Source: Trypanosoma brucei
Taxonomy: Eukaryota
NCBI GenBank assembly: GCA_000002445.1
Contig: CP000066.1
Span: forward strand, 640,001 to 704,000
DNA length: 64,000 nt
Direction: 5' to 3'
The notes beneath the pieces are model-generated. The model saw only the letters and a list, made by a program, of their open reading frames with translations, ran no database searches and was not told the DNA's origin. Each line of letters starts with the position of its first letter. Position 1 is the first letter of the stretch. Below, one piece after another: positions 1-11,135 of this stretch. The translations under genes and the position numbers were made by a program.

Positions 1-906
1 TGTTGGGAGGCGGTTATACGGAGACAATGTCAACGTGCCAAATTCGAGTACGCAGAGATCCACCACATGCCAAAGGTAAAACTATGCGCCATGCTACAAC
101 AATGCATCGAGCTTCAAAACACTTCTCCACTACAAAAATCTCCCCCCAGTTCTGACGCTATGTTTTATTGAGCACAATTTCGTAGATGAGGGCGAGCCCT
201 GGACGTTTATCGCCCACCATCCCACTACCTTATGTAACGTGACGGACAGCAACCGAACAAAAGGGTCGTATCCTTTCGTTTTCTACACATATCACTTTGA
301 ATCCGAGAAGGAGTTCAACAGATGACAAACATAATGCAGTACGTACTAAAACAAAAAACACTTTTTACTTGAATCCCTATATCAACTCACAATCGACAGC
401 ACATATTCGACATTAACTAACTCCATCATTAAAATACACTCCACTCTAACACAGAAACAACCCAATGTGATGCTTAGTTACCATAACAAAGGAATACGCC
501 TCACGTTTCACAAACATGGGTACGAAGTCATTCCACCCTAGTACACACATTTGGTCACCTCACATTAATAACCTGTTTCTTAAACGCGTAAGGCGTTGTT
601 TAAATTTCACGTTGTCATATAATATAATATTCCATACATAATTCTGCCTGCAGAGTCCACACCATATCGACAGCTGCCTTCATTTTGTTTCAGTGCAAAC
701 GCCTAAACCCCTTCTAAAGGAGTCTGGCGTAGTATAAAGATATACAATGCTACAAATACCAGAGCAGCTAGATTGAAACACAGGTGGTGAGGAACTATCG
801 GCATCTGGGGATGAATGACTTCATTCAAATGGGCATGCACGAATGCAGCACCTTTGAAGGGACAAAAACTCGTTTTAGAAAGAAAACTGACAAATAATTT
901 GTACTC

Positions 907-1563
907 TCAGAGAAATAGGAGCAACACTGGAAAAAAAACCTGGTAGATAGGTGGTTGCAGCGGCTGAGATTTGCTTTTCTGCTGTTCCGGGGGGCGAACA
1001 GAGGAAGTTCCGTTACGTTCGCTGCCAAAAGTGGAGGAGACAGTACCTTTATTTTCGGATTTGAGGTGGCCGTCATCCTTAGAGGGTGAACCATTTTCCT
1101 CCTTTTTAGGGGTCGCAGAAACCGAACTACCATTTCTCACCGGCTCTTCAGAAAGCACAGGGCCGTACTCGGATGATGGAGGTGCCTCACCTTTGTTAGA
1201 GGCCTCGTCGCGACTTGAGTCTCCACCCGCTTCCACAACTGGTGAAGCGACTTCGGGTGTTGAGAGCCCAAGGAACTCACTAACCTTTGCGGTTACACAT
1301 CTGTGCGGTGAAAAGCAGGTCAATCCCCCGCCGCAAACGGTACAGTTCCCCTCTGCAGGTGCGCCCGAAGGAACCCTGTGTGCCAGGGTGCAGTTTTTCT
1401 GTGCATACGTCATGAGACGATTCTCCTCGTTTCTAGTTATACGGCTTTCAATTCCCAATACTTCCGTGCACTTACCCACATATCCAATTCTTCCCTCCCA
1501 TACATTCTCACACATGGCCACACGTTGAACGAAACCGAACAGTATTATTGGTAGGCACAGCAT
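907..1563 (-). CDS. Array copy 1 (218 aa): predicted secreted, possibly GPI-anchored, small surface protein. It has a signal peptide, a ~90-aa Cys-rich head, an acidic Ser/Glu/Pro/Gly-rich stalk and a hydrophobic C-terminus.
   Basis: True ATG (+ strand 'cat' at 1561-1563). Hydrophobic N-terminus MLCLPIILFGFVQRVA. Cys framework includes NCTVCGGGLTC..RC. Several NxS/T sequons (NCT x2, NGS x2, NGT). The C-terminus ends ...QPPIYQVFFPVLLLFL. A pyrimidine tract and AGs lie just 5' on the coding strand (+ 1603-1622). Confidence 0.8.
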   Translation of the reverse strand: MLCLPIILFGFVQRVAMCENVWEGRIGYVGKCTEVLGIESRITRNEENRLMTYAQKNCTLAHRVPSGAPAEGNCTVCGGGLTCFSPHRCVTAKVSEFLGLSTPEVASPVVEAGGDSSRDEASNKGEAPPSSEYGPVLSEEPVRNGSSVSATPKKEENGSPSKDDGHLKSENKGTVSSTFGSERNGTSSVRPPEQQKSKSQPLQPPIYQVFFPVLLLFL

Positions 1564-2420
1564 TTCAGAATTCTACACTGCCTGAGTTGCTCCAACACCA
1601 GCGCAAAGAAAAATAATAAACACCTCATACATAACATATATCATACAGTTATGTGTGTTTATACTTTGTTTCAAAATATATCGTATTGAATACAAATAGC
1701 AGACACATGACACGAAAAAATCCCATTAAGCGTTAACATGACATAAAATACCCTATTCAGATGCAACCGAACAAAAGGGTCGTATCCTTTCATTTTCTAC
1801 GCATATCACTTTTGATCCAAGATACGGTTAAACAGGTGACAAACATAATGCAGTACGTACTAAAACAAAAAACACTTTTTACTTGAATCCCTATATCAAC
1901 TCACAATCGACAACACATATTCGACATTAACTAACTCCATCATTAAAATACACTCCACTCTAACACAGAAACAACCCAATGTGATGCTTAGTTACCATAA
2001 CAAAGGAATACGCCTCACGTTTCACAAACATGGGTACGAAGTCATTCCACCCTAGTACACACATTTGGTCACCTCACATTAATAACCTGTTTCTTAAACG
2101 CGTAAGGCGTTGTTTAAATTTCACGTTGTCATATAATATAATATTCCATACATAATTCTGCCTGCAGAGTCCACACCATATCGACAGCTGCCTTCATCTT
2201 ACTTCCAAACAAACGCCTAAAACTCTTCTAAAGGAGTCTGGCGTAGCATAAAGATATACAATGACGCAAACACCAAAGAAGCTAGATTGAAACACAGGTG
2301 GGGAGGAACTATCGGCATCTGGGGATGAATGACTTCATTCAAATGGGCATGCACGAATGCAGCACCTTTGAAGGGACAAAAACTCGTTTTAGAAAGAAAA
2401 CTGACAAATAATTTGTACTC

Positions 2421-3077
2421 TCAGAGAAATAGGAGCAACACTGAGGAAAACACCTGGTAGATAGGTGGTTGCAGCGGCTGAGATTTGCTTGTCTGCTGTT
2501 CCGGGGGGCGAACAGAGGAAGTTCCGTTACGTTCGCTGCCAAAAGTGGAGGAGACAGTACCTTTATTTTCGGATTTGAGGTGGCCGTCATCCTTAGAGGG
2601 TGAACCATTTTCCTCCTTTTTAGGGGTCGCAGAAACCGAACTACCATTTCTCACCGGCTCTTCAGAAAGCACAGGGCCGTACTCGGATGATGGAGGTGCC
2701 TCACCTTTGTTAGAGGCATCGTCGCGACTTGAGTCTCCACCCGCTTCCACAACTGGTGAAGCGACTTCGGGTGTTGAGAGCCCAAGGAACTCACTAACCT
2801 TTGCGGTTACACATCTGTGCGGTGAAAAGCAGGTCAATCCCCCGCCGCAAACGGTACAGTTCCCCTCTGCAGGTGCGCCCGAAGGAACCCTGTGTGCCAG
2901 GGTGCAGTTTTTCTGTGCATACGTCATGAGACGATTCTCCTCGTTTCTAGTTATACGGCTTTCAATTCCCAATACTTCCGTGCACTTACCCACATATCCA
3001 ATTCTTCCCTCCCATACATTCTCACACATGGCCACACGTTGAACGAAACCGAACAGTATTATTGGTAGGCACAGCAT
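2421..3077 (-). CDS. Array copy 2 (218 aa): same family, variant type B (..RDDASN.., ..QQTSKS.., ..VFSSVLLLFL).
   Basis: ATG at 3077. Identical architecture to copy 1, from which it differs at 4 residues. Confidence 0.8.
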   Translation of the reverse strand: MLCLPIILFGFVQRVAMCENVWEGRIGYVGKCTEVLGIESRITRNEENRLMTYAQKNCTLAHRVPSGAPAEGNCTVCGGGLTCFSPHRCVTAKVSEFLGLSTPEVASPVVEAGGDSSRDDASNKGEAPPSSEYGPVLSEEPVRNGSSVSATPKKEENGSPSKDDGHLKSENKGTVSSTFGSERNGTSSVRPPEQQTSKSQPLQPPIYQVFSSVLLLFL

Positions 3078-3934
3078 TTCAGAATTCTACACTGCCTGAG
3101 TTGCTCCAACACCAGCGCAAAGAAAAATAATAAACACCTCATACATAACATATATCATACAGTTATGTGTGTTTATACTTTGTTTCAAAATATATCGTAT
3201 TGAATACAAATAGCAGACACATGACACGAAAAAATCCCATTAAGCGTTAACATGACATAAAATACCCTATTCAGATGCAACCGAACAAAAGGGTCGTATC
3301 CTTTCATTTTCTACGCATATCACTTTTGATCCAAGATACGGTTAAACAGGTGACAAACATAATGCAGTACGTACTAAAACAAAAAACACTTTTTACTTGA
3401 ATCCCTATATCAACTCACAATCGACAACACATATTCGACATTAACTAACTCCATCATTAAAATACACTCCACTCTAACACAGAAACAACCCAATGTGATG
3501 CTTAGTTACCATAACAAAGGAATACGCCTCACGTTTCACAAACATGGGTACGAAGTCATTCCACCCTAGTACACACATTTGGTCACCTCACATTAATAAC
3601 CTGTTTCTTAAACGCGTAAGGCGTTGTTTAAATTTCACGTTGTCATATAATATAATATTCCATACATAATTCTGCCTGCAGAGTCCACACCATATCGACA
3701 GCTGCCTTCATCTTACTTCCAAACAAACGCCTAAAACTCTTCTAAAGGAGTCTGGCGTAGCATAAAGATATACAATGACGCAAACACCAAAGAAGCTAGA
3801 TTGAAACACAGGTGGGGAGGAACTATCGGCATCTGGGGATGAATGACTTCATTCAAATGGGCATGCACGAATGCAGCACCTTTGAAGGGACAAAAACTCG
3901 TTTTAGAAAGAAAACTGACAAATAATTTGTACTC

Positions 3935-4591
3935 TCAGAGAAATAGGAGCAACACTGAGGAAAACACCTGGTAGATAGGTGGTTGCAGCGGCTGAGATTT
4001 GCTTGTCTGCTGTTCCGGGGGGCGAACAGAGGAAGTTCCGTTACGTTCGCTGCCAAAAGTGGAGGAGACAGTACCTTTATTTTCGGATTTGAGGTGGCCG
4101 TCATCCTTAGAGGGTGAACCATTTTCCTCCTTTTTAGGGGTCGCAGAAACCGAACTACCATTTCTCACCGGCTCTTCAGAAAGCACAGGGCCGTACTCGG
4201 ATGATGGAGGTGCCTCACCTTTGTTAGAGGCATCGTCGCGACTTGAGTCTCCACCCGCTTCCACAACTGGTGAAGCGACTTCGGGTGTTGAGAGCCCAAG
4301 GAACTCACTAACCTTTGCGGTTACACATCTGTGCGGTGAAAAGCAGGTCAATCCCCCGCCACAAACGGTACAGTTCCCCTCTGCAGGTGCGCCCGAAGGA
4401 ACCCTGTGTGCCAGGGTGCAGTTTTTCTGTGCATACGTCATGAGACGATTCTCCTCGTTTCTAGTTATACGGCTTTCAATTCCCAATACTTCCGTGCACT
4501 TACCCACATATCCAATTCTTCCCTCCCATACATTCTCACACATGGCCACACGTTGAACGAAACCGAACAGTATTATTGGTAGGCACAGCAT
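3935..4591 (-). CDS. Array copy 3 (218 aa): same family, variant type B.
   Basis: ATG at 4591. The protein is identical to copy 2. One synonymous difference was seen (gccAcaaacgg at ~4360 versus gccGcaaacgg at ~2846), which shows the copies are distinct loci. Confidence 0.8.
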   Translation of the reverse strand: MLCLPIILFGFVQRVAMCENVWEGRIGYVGKCTEVLGIESRITRNEENRLMTYAQKNCTLAHRVPSGAPAEGNCTVCGGGLTCFSPHRCVTAKVSEFLGLSTPEVASPVVEAGGDSSRDDASNKGEAPPSSEYGPVLSEEPVRNGSSVSATPKKEENGSPSKDDGHLKSENKGTVSSTFGSERNGTSSVRPPEQQTSKSQPLQPPIYQVFSSVLLLFL

Positions 4592-5448
4592 TTCAGAATT
4601 CTACACTGCCTGAGTTGCTCCAACACCAGCGCAAAGAAAAATAATAAACACCTCATACATAACATATATCATACAGTTATGTGTGTTTATACTTTGTTTC
4701 AAAATATATCGTATTGAATACAAATAGCAGACACATGACACGAAAAAATCCCATTAAGCGTTAACATGACATAAAATACCCTATTCAGATGCAACCGAAC
4801 AAAAGGGTCGTATCCTTTCGTTTTCTACACATATCACTTTTGATCCAAGATACGGTTAAACAGGTGACAAACATAATGCAGTACGTACTAAAACAAAAAA
4901 CACTTTTTACTTGAATCCCTATATCAACTCACAATCGACAACACATATTCGACATTAACTAACTCCATCATTAAAATACACTCCACTCTAACACAGCAAC
5001 AACCCAATGTGATGCTTAGTTACCATAACAAAGGAATACGCCTCACGTTTCACAAACATGGGTACGAAGTCATTCCACCCTAGTACACACATTTGGTCAC
5101 CTCACATTAATAACCTGTTTCTTAAACGCGTAAGGCGTTGTTTAAATTTCACGTTGTCATATAATATAATATTCCATACATAATTCTGCCTGCAGAGTCC
5201 ACACCATATCGACAGCTGCCTTCATCTTACTTCCAAACAAACGCCTAAAACTCTTCTAAAGGAGTCTGGCGTAGCATAAAGATATACAATGACGCAAACA
5301 CCAAAGAAGCTAGATTGAAACACAGGTGGGGAGGAACTATCGGCATCTGGGGATGAATGACTTCATTCAAATGGGCATGCACGAATGCAGCACCTTTGAA
5401 GGGACAAAAACTCGTTTTAGAAAGAAAACTGACAAATAATTTGTACTC

Positions 5449-6123
5449 TCAGAGAAATAGGAGCAACACTGGAAAAAAAACCTGGTAGATAGGTGGTTGC
5501 AGCGGCTGAGATTTGCTTTTCTGCTGTTCCGGGGGGCGAACAGAGGAAGTTCCGTTACGTTCGCTGCCAAAAGTGGAGGAGACAGTACCTTTATTTTCGG
5601 ATTTGAGGTGGCCGTCATCCTTAGAGGGTGAACCATTTTCCTCCTTTTTAGGGGTCGCAGAAACCGAACTACCATTTCTCACCGGCTCTTCAGAAAGCAC
5701 AGGGCCGTACTCGGATGATGGAGGTGCCTCACCTTTGTTAGAGGCCTCGTCGCGACTTGAGTCTCCACCCGCTTCCACAACTGGTGAAGCGACTGCGGGT
5801 GTTGGGAGCCCAAGGAACTCACTAACCTTTGCAGTGACACATCTATAATTGAAAGGACAACGCAAGGTTCCCCCGCCACAAACGGTACAGTTCCCGTCAG
5901 TGGTTGCGCCAGATGGTACGCTTCGGATGGGAGTGCAGTTCGCTTCCGCATACTTCACGAGACGATTCTCTTCTGCTACGCCCGCTGGAGCCTTAATTTT
6001 CAGCAAATCCGTACACATATCCACAACTCCAACTCGCGTTCCCCATCCCTTCCCATAAGTAGCAACAATTTGAACCAATCCCGCGAACAGGGTTAATACA
6101 CAGACACACACAGGTCTCGTCAT
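5449..6123 (-). CDS. Array copy 4, promoter-proximal (224 aa from the ATG at 6123): same family with a diverged signal peptide and Cys-rich head, and a stalk and tail identical to copy 1.
   Basis: The track ORF (5449..6210) starts at TTG. In-frame ATGs are at 6204 and 6123. The ATG at 6123 aligns with the other copies (MTRPVCVCVLTLFAGLVQIVA versus MLCLPIILFGFVQRVA). It also sits just after a coding-strand pyrimidine tract and AGs (gtttttttgcttttattgttatgttagtaaaagatta-ATG). Conserved blocks include EENRL, NCT, VPSGA, GNCTVCGGG and RCVTAKVSEFLGL. Confidence 0.75.
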   Translation of the reverse strand: MTRPVCVCVLTLFAGLVQIVATYGKGWGTRVGVVDMCTDLLKIKAPAGVAEENRLVKYAEANCTPIRSVPSGATTDGNCTVCGGGTLRCPFNYRCVTAKVSEFLGLPTPAVASPVVEAGGDSSRDEASNKGEAPPSSEYGPVLSEEPVRNGSSVSATPKKEENGSPSKDDGHLKSENKGTVSSTFGSERNGTSSVRPPEQQKSKSQPLQPPIYQVFFPVLLLFL

Positions 6124-7031
6124 TAATCTTTTACTAACATAACAATAAAAGCAAAAAAACTTCTTTGCAGAGCAATTAACTCGCTTTCTCTCATGTTTAA
6201 ACATTGTCAAGTTACCTTTTGTTTAATATACAGAGCCAGTTAACCACTCAGAAAACAACCAGTGAGTATAATCAGCGTCCACAATACTTATCCGTATGGG
6301 AAGAAATGAAATATGAAGTTACGTCTTTTAAAATCTTTATCAAAAGCAGCAGCCAAGCGACCGGAGACTCACATTTATCAAGTGCGAGTAGGGGGCATCT
6401 GTGGTTCAATAACATAAAAACACATGCAGTAACAAGTTTTCGCAGATAAATATTATGGAGTACCACCTATATAAGTCCAAGTCCACACAAAAAAAACCCA
6501 AGCAAAAGCAAATACACAGTAAAGAAATAATTACAAACACATTTGATAGCACCGTCTGTTGATAGCAAATACTTAAACAGCGAAGAAGAAAGACGTTCAA
6601 AGCATTACAAAACACATCGTGGAGCAGTTCTGTAGAAACGATTACAAATGGGAAATAACCAACTCCCACGAAACAGTACATCACTGTAGCCAGTCCATCA
6701 AGAAAAATTGGCAGCGTCTCGGCGCGTGATTCAACTCTTTTCGAACGCTAGACAGCATCCACAACACTAAGCAGTTAGGTACAAATATAGATCACTACAT
6801 AGCAAAAGCAAAATGCGGTAAGTACCGCAAAGGGGTCCCCCATCCTTACGCTGTTCTATTATTTATTTCGCTTCTTCCACTTTATTGCAGTCTACAATTA
6901 TAGGCGCTTTCTCCCATCATATATTAAAGCATAATAGCGCGAGAAAGAACAAAAGGTCATAGATTAACGTATCGAGCTAGTGTGAGGGGTGATGCTCTGA
7001 GGCAGTATTTGTATCTAGTTTAGTGACGGAT

Positions 7032-7949
7032 TTATCCGGTGATAAAGCATACAATTGCGACAAGGAGGTTCTGTATCGCTCCATATCTCACGTTGTTTCC
7101 TTTTTTGTTTTCTGGTTTGCGGTCGATTCTTCCTGTGTTTGATACAATTCCTGCACCTGCTGCAACTGTATCATCCCGTCCGCGCACTGGTTCCTCCCTT
7201 CCTGGGTCTGCATCCTGTTTCCCATTGGTCGTCGTGCCATCTTCTGCAGCATCGCGCTGGTGATCATTCACTGTACCTTTTTCTGGTGAAGATTCCCCTC
7301 GAGGGTGAGTATGCTTCCCTCCCTGAGTTGCTCCTCCCTTTTCTGGTTCCTTTCGGGTCAAGCCCTCACCTCCAGCTCCGTCCTTTTTCCCCGAAGCTCC
7401 CCGCTTCTCCCCAGCAGTTCCCCGCTTTTCCCCCGGACTTTGCTGATCTTCCTTTGGAGTTTCCTCACCTTCCCCCGAAGCTTCCTGCTCCTCCCCCTCA
7501 CTTTTGGGAGCACTGCTCGCTGTCTCTTCGTCGTCCGAACCGCTACCCTTAGTTGTGTCTGAGGGTCCCTGTTCAGACGCGGCAGACTGCTCTACCGTCT
7601 CTTCTGTAGGGACCTGTTGTGTTATACTCCGCCAGTCGGAGTCGGAGCATGTTGTGGCATTGAGTGAATCCTCGCTTGAGTCCTCGTCCGTGCAATTAAG
7701 GGTGTGCAGCCGGTGGCCGTTTCCATGAAAAATGGCGTACACTTTGAGCTTCAGCTTGAAATATCCCTGTGGTTGTCCCTTTCCGATCAGAAGCACAGGA
7801 GTGTTTGTGCAGTTGGCAGGGTGCCACTTGCCCTTCCATCTGCACAGCGCCCCTTCCGCTTCATTATGCAGACAGTCACACCTGAAAGTCACTGCTGAAG
7901 ATCCCAAAACTACACAACTTGCTAGAAACAACGCTGTAAATGTCAACAT
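7032..7949 (-). CDS. 305-aa predicted surface/secreted acidic protein with a signal peptide, a Cys-containing N-terminal domain, a long Glu/Gly/Lys/Ser/Asp-rich low-complexity region and a hydrophobic C-terminus (GPI-signal-like).
   Basis: True ATG (7947-7949). N-terminus MLTFTALFLASCVVLGSSA. Six Cys fall within the first ~100 mature residues. A short internal repeat is present (GEKRGTAGEKRGASGKKDG). C-terminus ...YGAIQNLLVAIVCFITG. A pyrimidine tract and AGs lie 5' on the coding strand (~7965-8000). Confidence 0.75.
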   Translation of the reverse strand: MLTFTALFLASCVVLGSSAVTFRCDCLHNEAEGALCRWKGKWHPANCTNTPVLLIGKGQPQGYFKLKLKVYAIFHGNGHRLHTLNCTDEDSSEDSLNATTCSDSDWRSITQQVPTEETVEQSAASEQGPSDTTKGSGSDDEETASSAPKSEGEEQEASGEGEETPKEDQQSPGEKRGTAGEKRGASGKKDGAGGEGLTRKEPEKGGATQGGKHTHPRGESSPEKGTVNDHQRDAAEDGTTTNGKQDADPGREEPVRGRDDTVAAGAGIVSNTGRIDRKPENKKGNNVRYGAIQNLLVAIVCFITG

Positions 7950-10900
7950 AGAGTGTTAGCTGCCTGTCCTCTACTTGTAAAAATCACTGAAAAAGGGATG
8001 TACTCGGTAAACACAGGGTCCACACAAACGCAAACACACGTTCCTAACAGCTTTCAATTGCACTTACACTCCCCGTTACTCCAGCAGGTTCCACTGGTCG
8101 TCAAATTTAGCAGTAAATTTATTCCTCACGAAGATAAGCTATCACCAATCCACTAATAGGCAATCGGTCACCCTTCTGGTCGACTTCTGTAGACTTACTA
8201 CCCCATAATTAGTTGAAGTTTTTGGGTAAGGCTACCTGCGCCTGAAGTTTTAGAGACCCCGGGAATTTCTAAGTGCATGCGCGAGTTGCATTGCAGCCAC
8301 ACAACCATATATGCCCCGGCGTGCCTGTAAAAAAGACAAACACGTAGTTACTTAACAAGCAGATGTGCTCGCGCACGAATGTCTCCCAGTAAAAACACAC
8401 ACAAAGGTATAACGTGAAACAACAATTCCAAGCTAACTTAGCGGATATGTATTAAGACAAAATAATTAAAGCAGTCATGGTGGAAAGAACTTGAAATATG
8501 GAACTTAAGGGAACACCGTTTCCCCCTTTTTTCTTAAAGATAAACGGTCTGACTTTCCTATTTATCTTCGTTACCGGTTACGTCATTGTCACTCTGAAGC
8601 TTTGTTTCGATTCTGCTTCCCGCTACAACGCCGGCTGTAGCAATAAACCGGCCTCCTCTTAGGCATGCTTGAGCGCTTTTCATTCCCGCTTTTGTTATTC
8701 GCCAAGAAGTGGCTTGACAGGTGTTGGAGTTTCTTTGATCCACCTCAAACGCGGGGTTTCCTTTTTTTTATTCCCTCCAAAAATACGAAGGGGCAACTCG
8801 CCTAGCGGTGATTCCACCCACAAAAGAGAAAGCACACACAACGTAAGTTAGCGTGATGAATAGGGTGTACAAAGTTAATTATACCCTTTTTCCACCTTAC
8901 GTTGCAAAGGTCAGGCATGTCAGTTAGTTAATATATTTTTCACCACCGTCGGAAAGTAATTAAGTACCACTTTAGGCAATCTTTCCCTCTATGTCCGGGG
9001 ATCAATACGACCTTTCACATCTCTCCTCGTCAACACCTTCCCCCTACTGCGCTTTAGTGAGAACAGCACCAACTCAGGTGAATCAACGAAGTAAATACCA
9101 ACAACTATTGGGGACTTGGAAATGTACCTACCTCCGTGAGCGTTACCGATCCTTCAAATCACTGGGTGTTTTTTTTTAAAAAGAGCGGCTGGAACCCATG
9201 GCCCCTCATGTCACCACAAAGCCGAATCTCAGTACTTGTGCGCCCTCATTCACACGTTTAGTTGTTATCATATTAACAGGTTCCAATAAGATGGTACCTT
9301 TCGCGTTACTCTAGGCCCGAAATCGGTTGTGGAATCATTCAGGACCTACCGCCACCGGTGGGATACCTTTCCCGACTCCAAACTTCAGGTTGCAAACTCT
9401 CCGTACCTGCAGAAAGTAGCAGCGCCCCGATAGAAAGTTAGGTTCCATCACCTCTTATCTTTAAATTTGTTTTTATTCACATGCGACGGAGTTTAACTGA
9501 CGAGGCACCAACCCATTCCTTTGTAACTTCAGGGATGATGCCGCTTTCGGCCGCCCTCTACACGACAACCTCTAATTATCCAGAGTAGCACCAATAACAT
9601 ATGCTGTTACCATTTAAAAGAGCATTCAGCATGGATGACTTCCCCCCGATGTCACTAATAATTGAGTAACGCGGTTCCGGAAGTGTTGTGTTACAACTTA
9701 TTCTCTTAGGATGGAACAAACTCCTTCGTGGTAGCACACCTTAGCGGCATCGTGAGATATTCACCACAGCACCAAGTGGGGGAGATTGATTTAGGCGCAT
9801 GAAGTATGGATGTCACTGTGCGGGTTGTACTGTTCAAAAGAGTGGGTTGTCGGCAAAAGGTGTTACAAGCCACACGATGTTACACGAGTAGACGGAAATC
9901 TAATGAGGTGCGTTCAGCTGTTGTGCGCACGTTCGGACAAGAATACGCCAAAGTGAGGCAATAATGTGCACGTGAAGACGGCACTAACGCGTAGATCGTT
10001 TGCCACTTGTATATCATATTTCCCCAGGAGTCCAGCCCAAAGTATTCGTACCGGCTGAAGGCGCACATTAATGAATTTCAACGGATGCATCAACCACAGA
10101 ACTTAGAGAAGGGCTCCGCTACCACTGGTAAATACTAAAGGAGACATTGCCCCTCTCCCAAAGACATAAAACCGTTGCCGAAGGCGCCTCAGAGAATTGC
10201 GATTATAGAGGGAGTAAGCCGGCATGCAACACGTTGGCACTCGCGCGGCTCTCGCAAAGAGTATTTACATTTTATGTGCAATGCAAACTCCTCTCCGTGC
10301 GGATACGCCTTTCACCGTCGACACCATTGGCACTGAGACTTTAGCAGTAATTGTAGAAATGTATAAGCCCCCGTATGTTGCACTTTTATTTATTGACAAT
10401 GTGATACTTCACGCAATCCCGTGCCTGCCCTCCCCATCGTTTTGTTCATTCCGTTTTTAAGCCATAACTGCGGGGCTGTGGTGACAAGGTTCAAAGCGAC
10501 CACCAATAGGAGAGGAAAGATATATACATACATATATATCATCAGGCTTCTTTTGGCCCGAATGCGCCAAGAAACTATTGAGTGTTTCCCCTCGCGTGGC
10601 AAAACCACTTCATGGGGCGATAAACTCCCGAGCTCACTCACGGGCAAAACATTCCAGTAGGAACTTGTAAAATGTGGAATGGAGGAGGAATGACTAGCAA
10701 CCGAGCGGGAAGTTTTTGGCACACTGCTTATTCCCAGCACCATGACCGCTACCGATGGCATTGGACTCACCTTGTTCTTTTACCCCAAAGAACTTTAGCA
10801 GGTACCGTACTGCTTTTATGTTTTAACACAACCGTCGTTCCCCCTATAAACTCCGTTTACCTTCACTCCTTCCGCAGGGAAGCGCAAACGAGCAAATAAC

Positions 10901-11135
10901 CCCCGGTATTTGAGCTTTGCAGATCCCTCTTACGCATATATCTTGCGATGTTGACAACTGCAGCCCGACGACGATAGCGGTTAATTGCTAGTGACACTGG
11001 CTGATTTGGTACTTTATATATATATATAAAGGAAGTTAAACGTCACCGTCTTGCCCTCCGTAACCAGATGATGATGGAGATTAACTCACTGTCAAGCAGG
11101 TTAGATGCGCAACGCAATGCGGGACTCCTCAGTTT

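Larger units (their letters stand above)
250..6123 (-). repeat. Head-to-tail tandem gene array with a 1514-bp period and ~3.9 units (unit phase 250/1764/3278/4792). Each unit is one small secreted/surface-type CDS plus ~0.86 kb of spacer.
   Basis: ORF stops at 907/2421/3935/5449 and starts at 1563/3077/4591 are exactly 1514 bp apart. The string 'caaccgaacaaaagggtcg' recurs at 250, 1764, 3278 and 4792. Units are near-identical on direct reading but carry private SNPs, so they are real copies. The left boundary is ~250, because 1-249 does not match the 1515-1763 spacer. The right end is the diverged 4th copy. Confidence 0.95.

Noticed and set aside
971-5848. 185-aa (x3) and 111-aa plus-strand ORFs, and 102-aa minus-strand ORFs (825..1133 and its three copies at 1514-bp spacing), overlapping the array genes.
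   Set aside because: They are antisense or out-of-frame shadows of the 218-aa CDS. They arise from its biased, low-complexity composition and are repeated only because the unit is repeated. They have no signal peptide or motif logic, and the plus-strand ones run against the direction of the transcription unit.
250-6123. The regular repeat spacing could suggest a CRISPR-like or prokaryotic repeat array.
   Set aside because: The period is 1514 bp and each unit contains a full protein-coding gene. The flanking genes are plainly eukaryotic (kinetoplastid). There are no short repeat/spacer units.
10390-10770. 126-codon minus-strand ORF, the longest on the gene strand inside the ORF desert.
   Set aside because: It starts at GTG in the track (123 codons from the ATG). 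It has no motifs, no obvious upstream pyrimidine tract or AG, and unremarkable composition. This is not enough to call a gene.
11066-11135. C/D-box snoRNA candidate ('gatgatga' C-box-like string). A second TGATGA occurs on the minus strand at ~10528.
   Set aside because: No D box (CTGA) lies at the expected distance and there are no terminal stems. The first candidate is on the non-transcribed strand. This is chance-level evidence.
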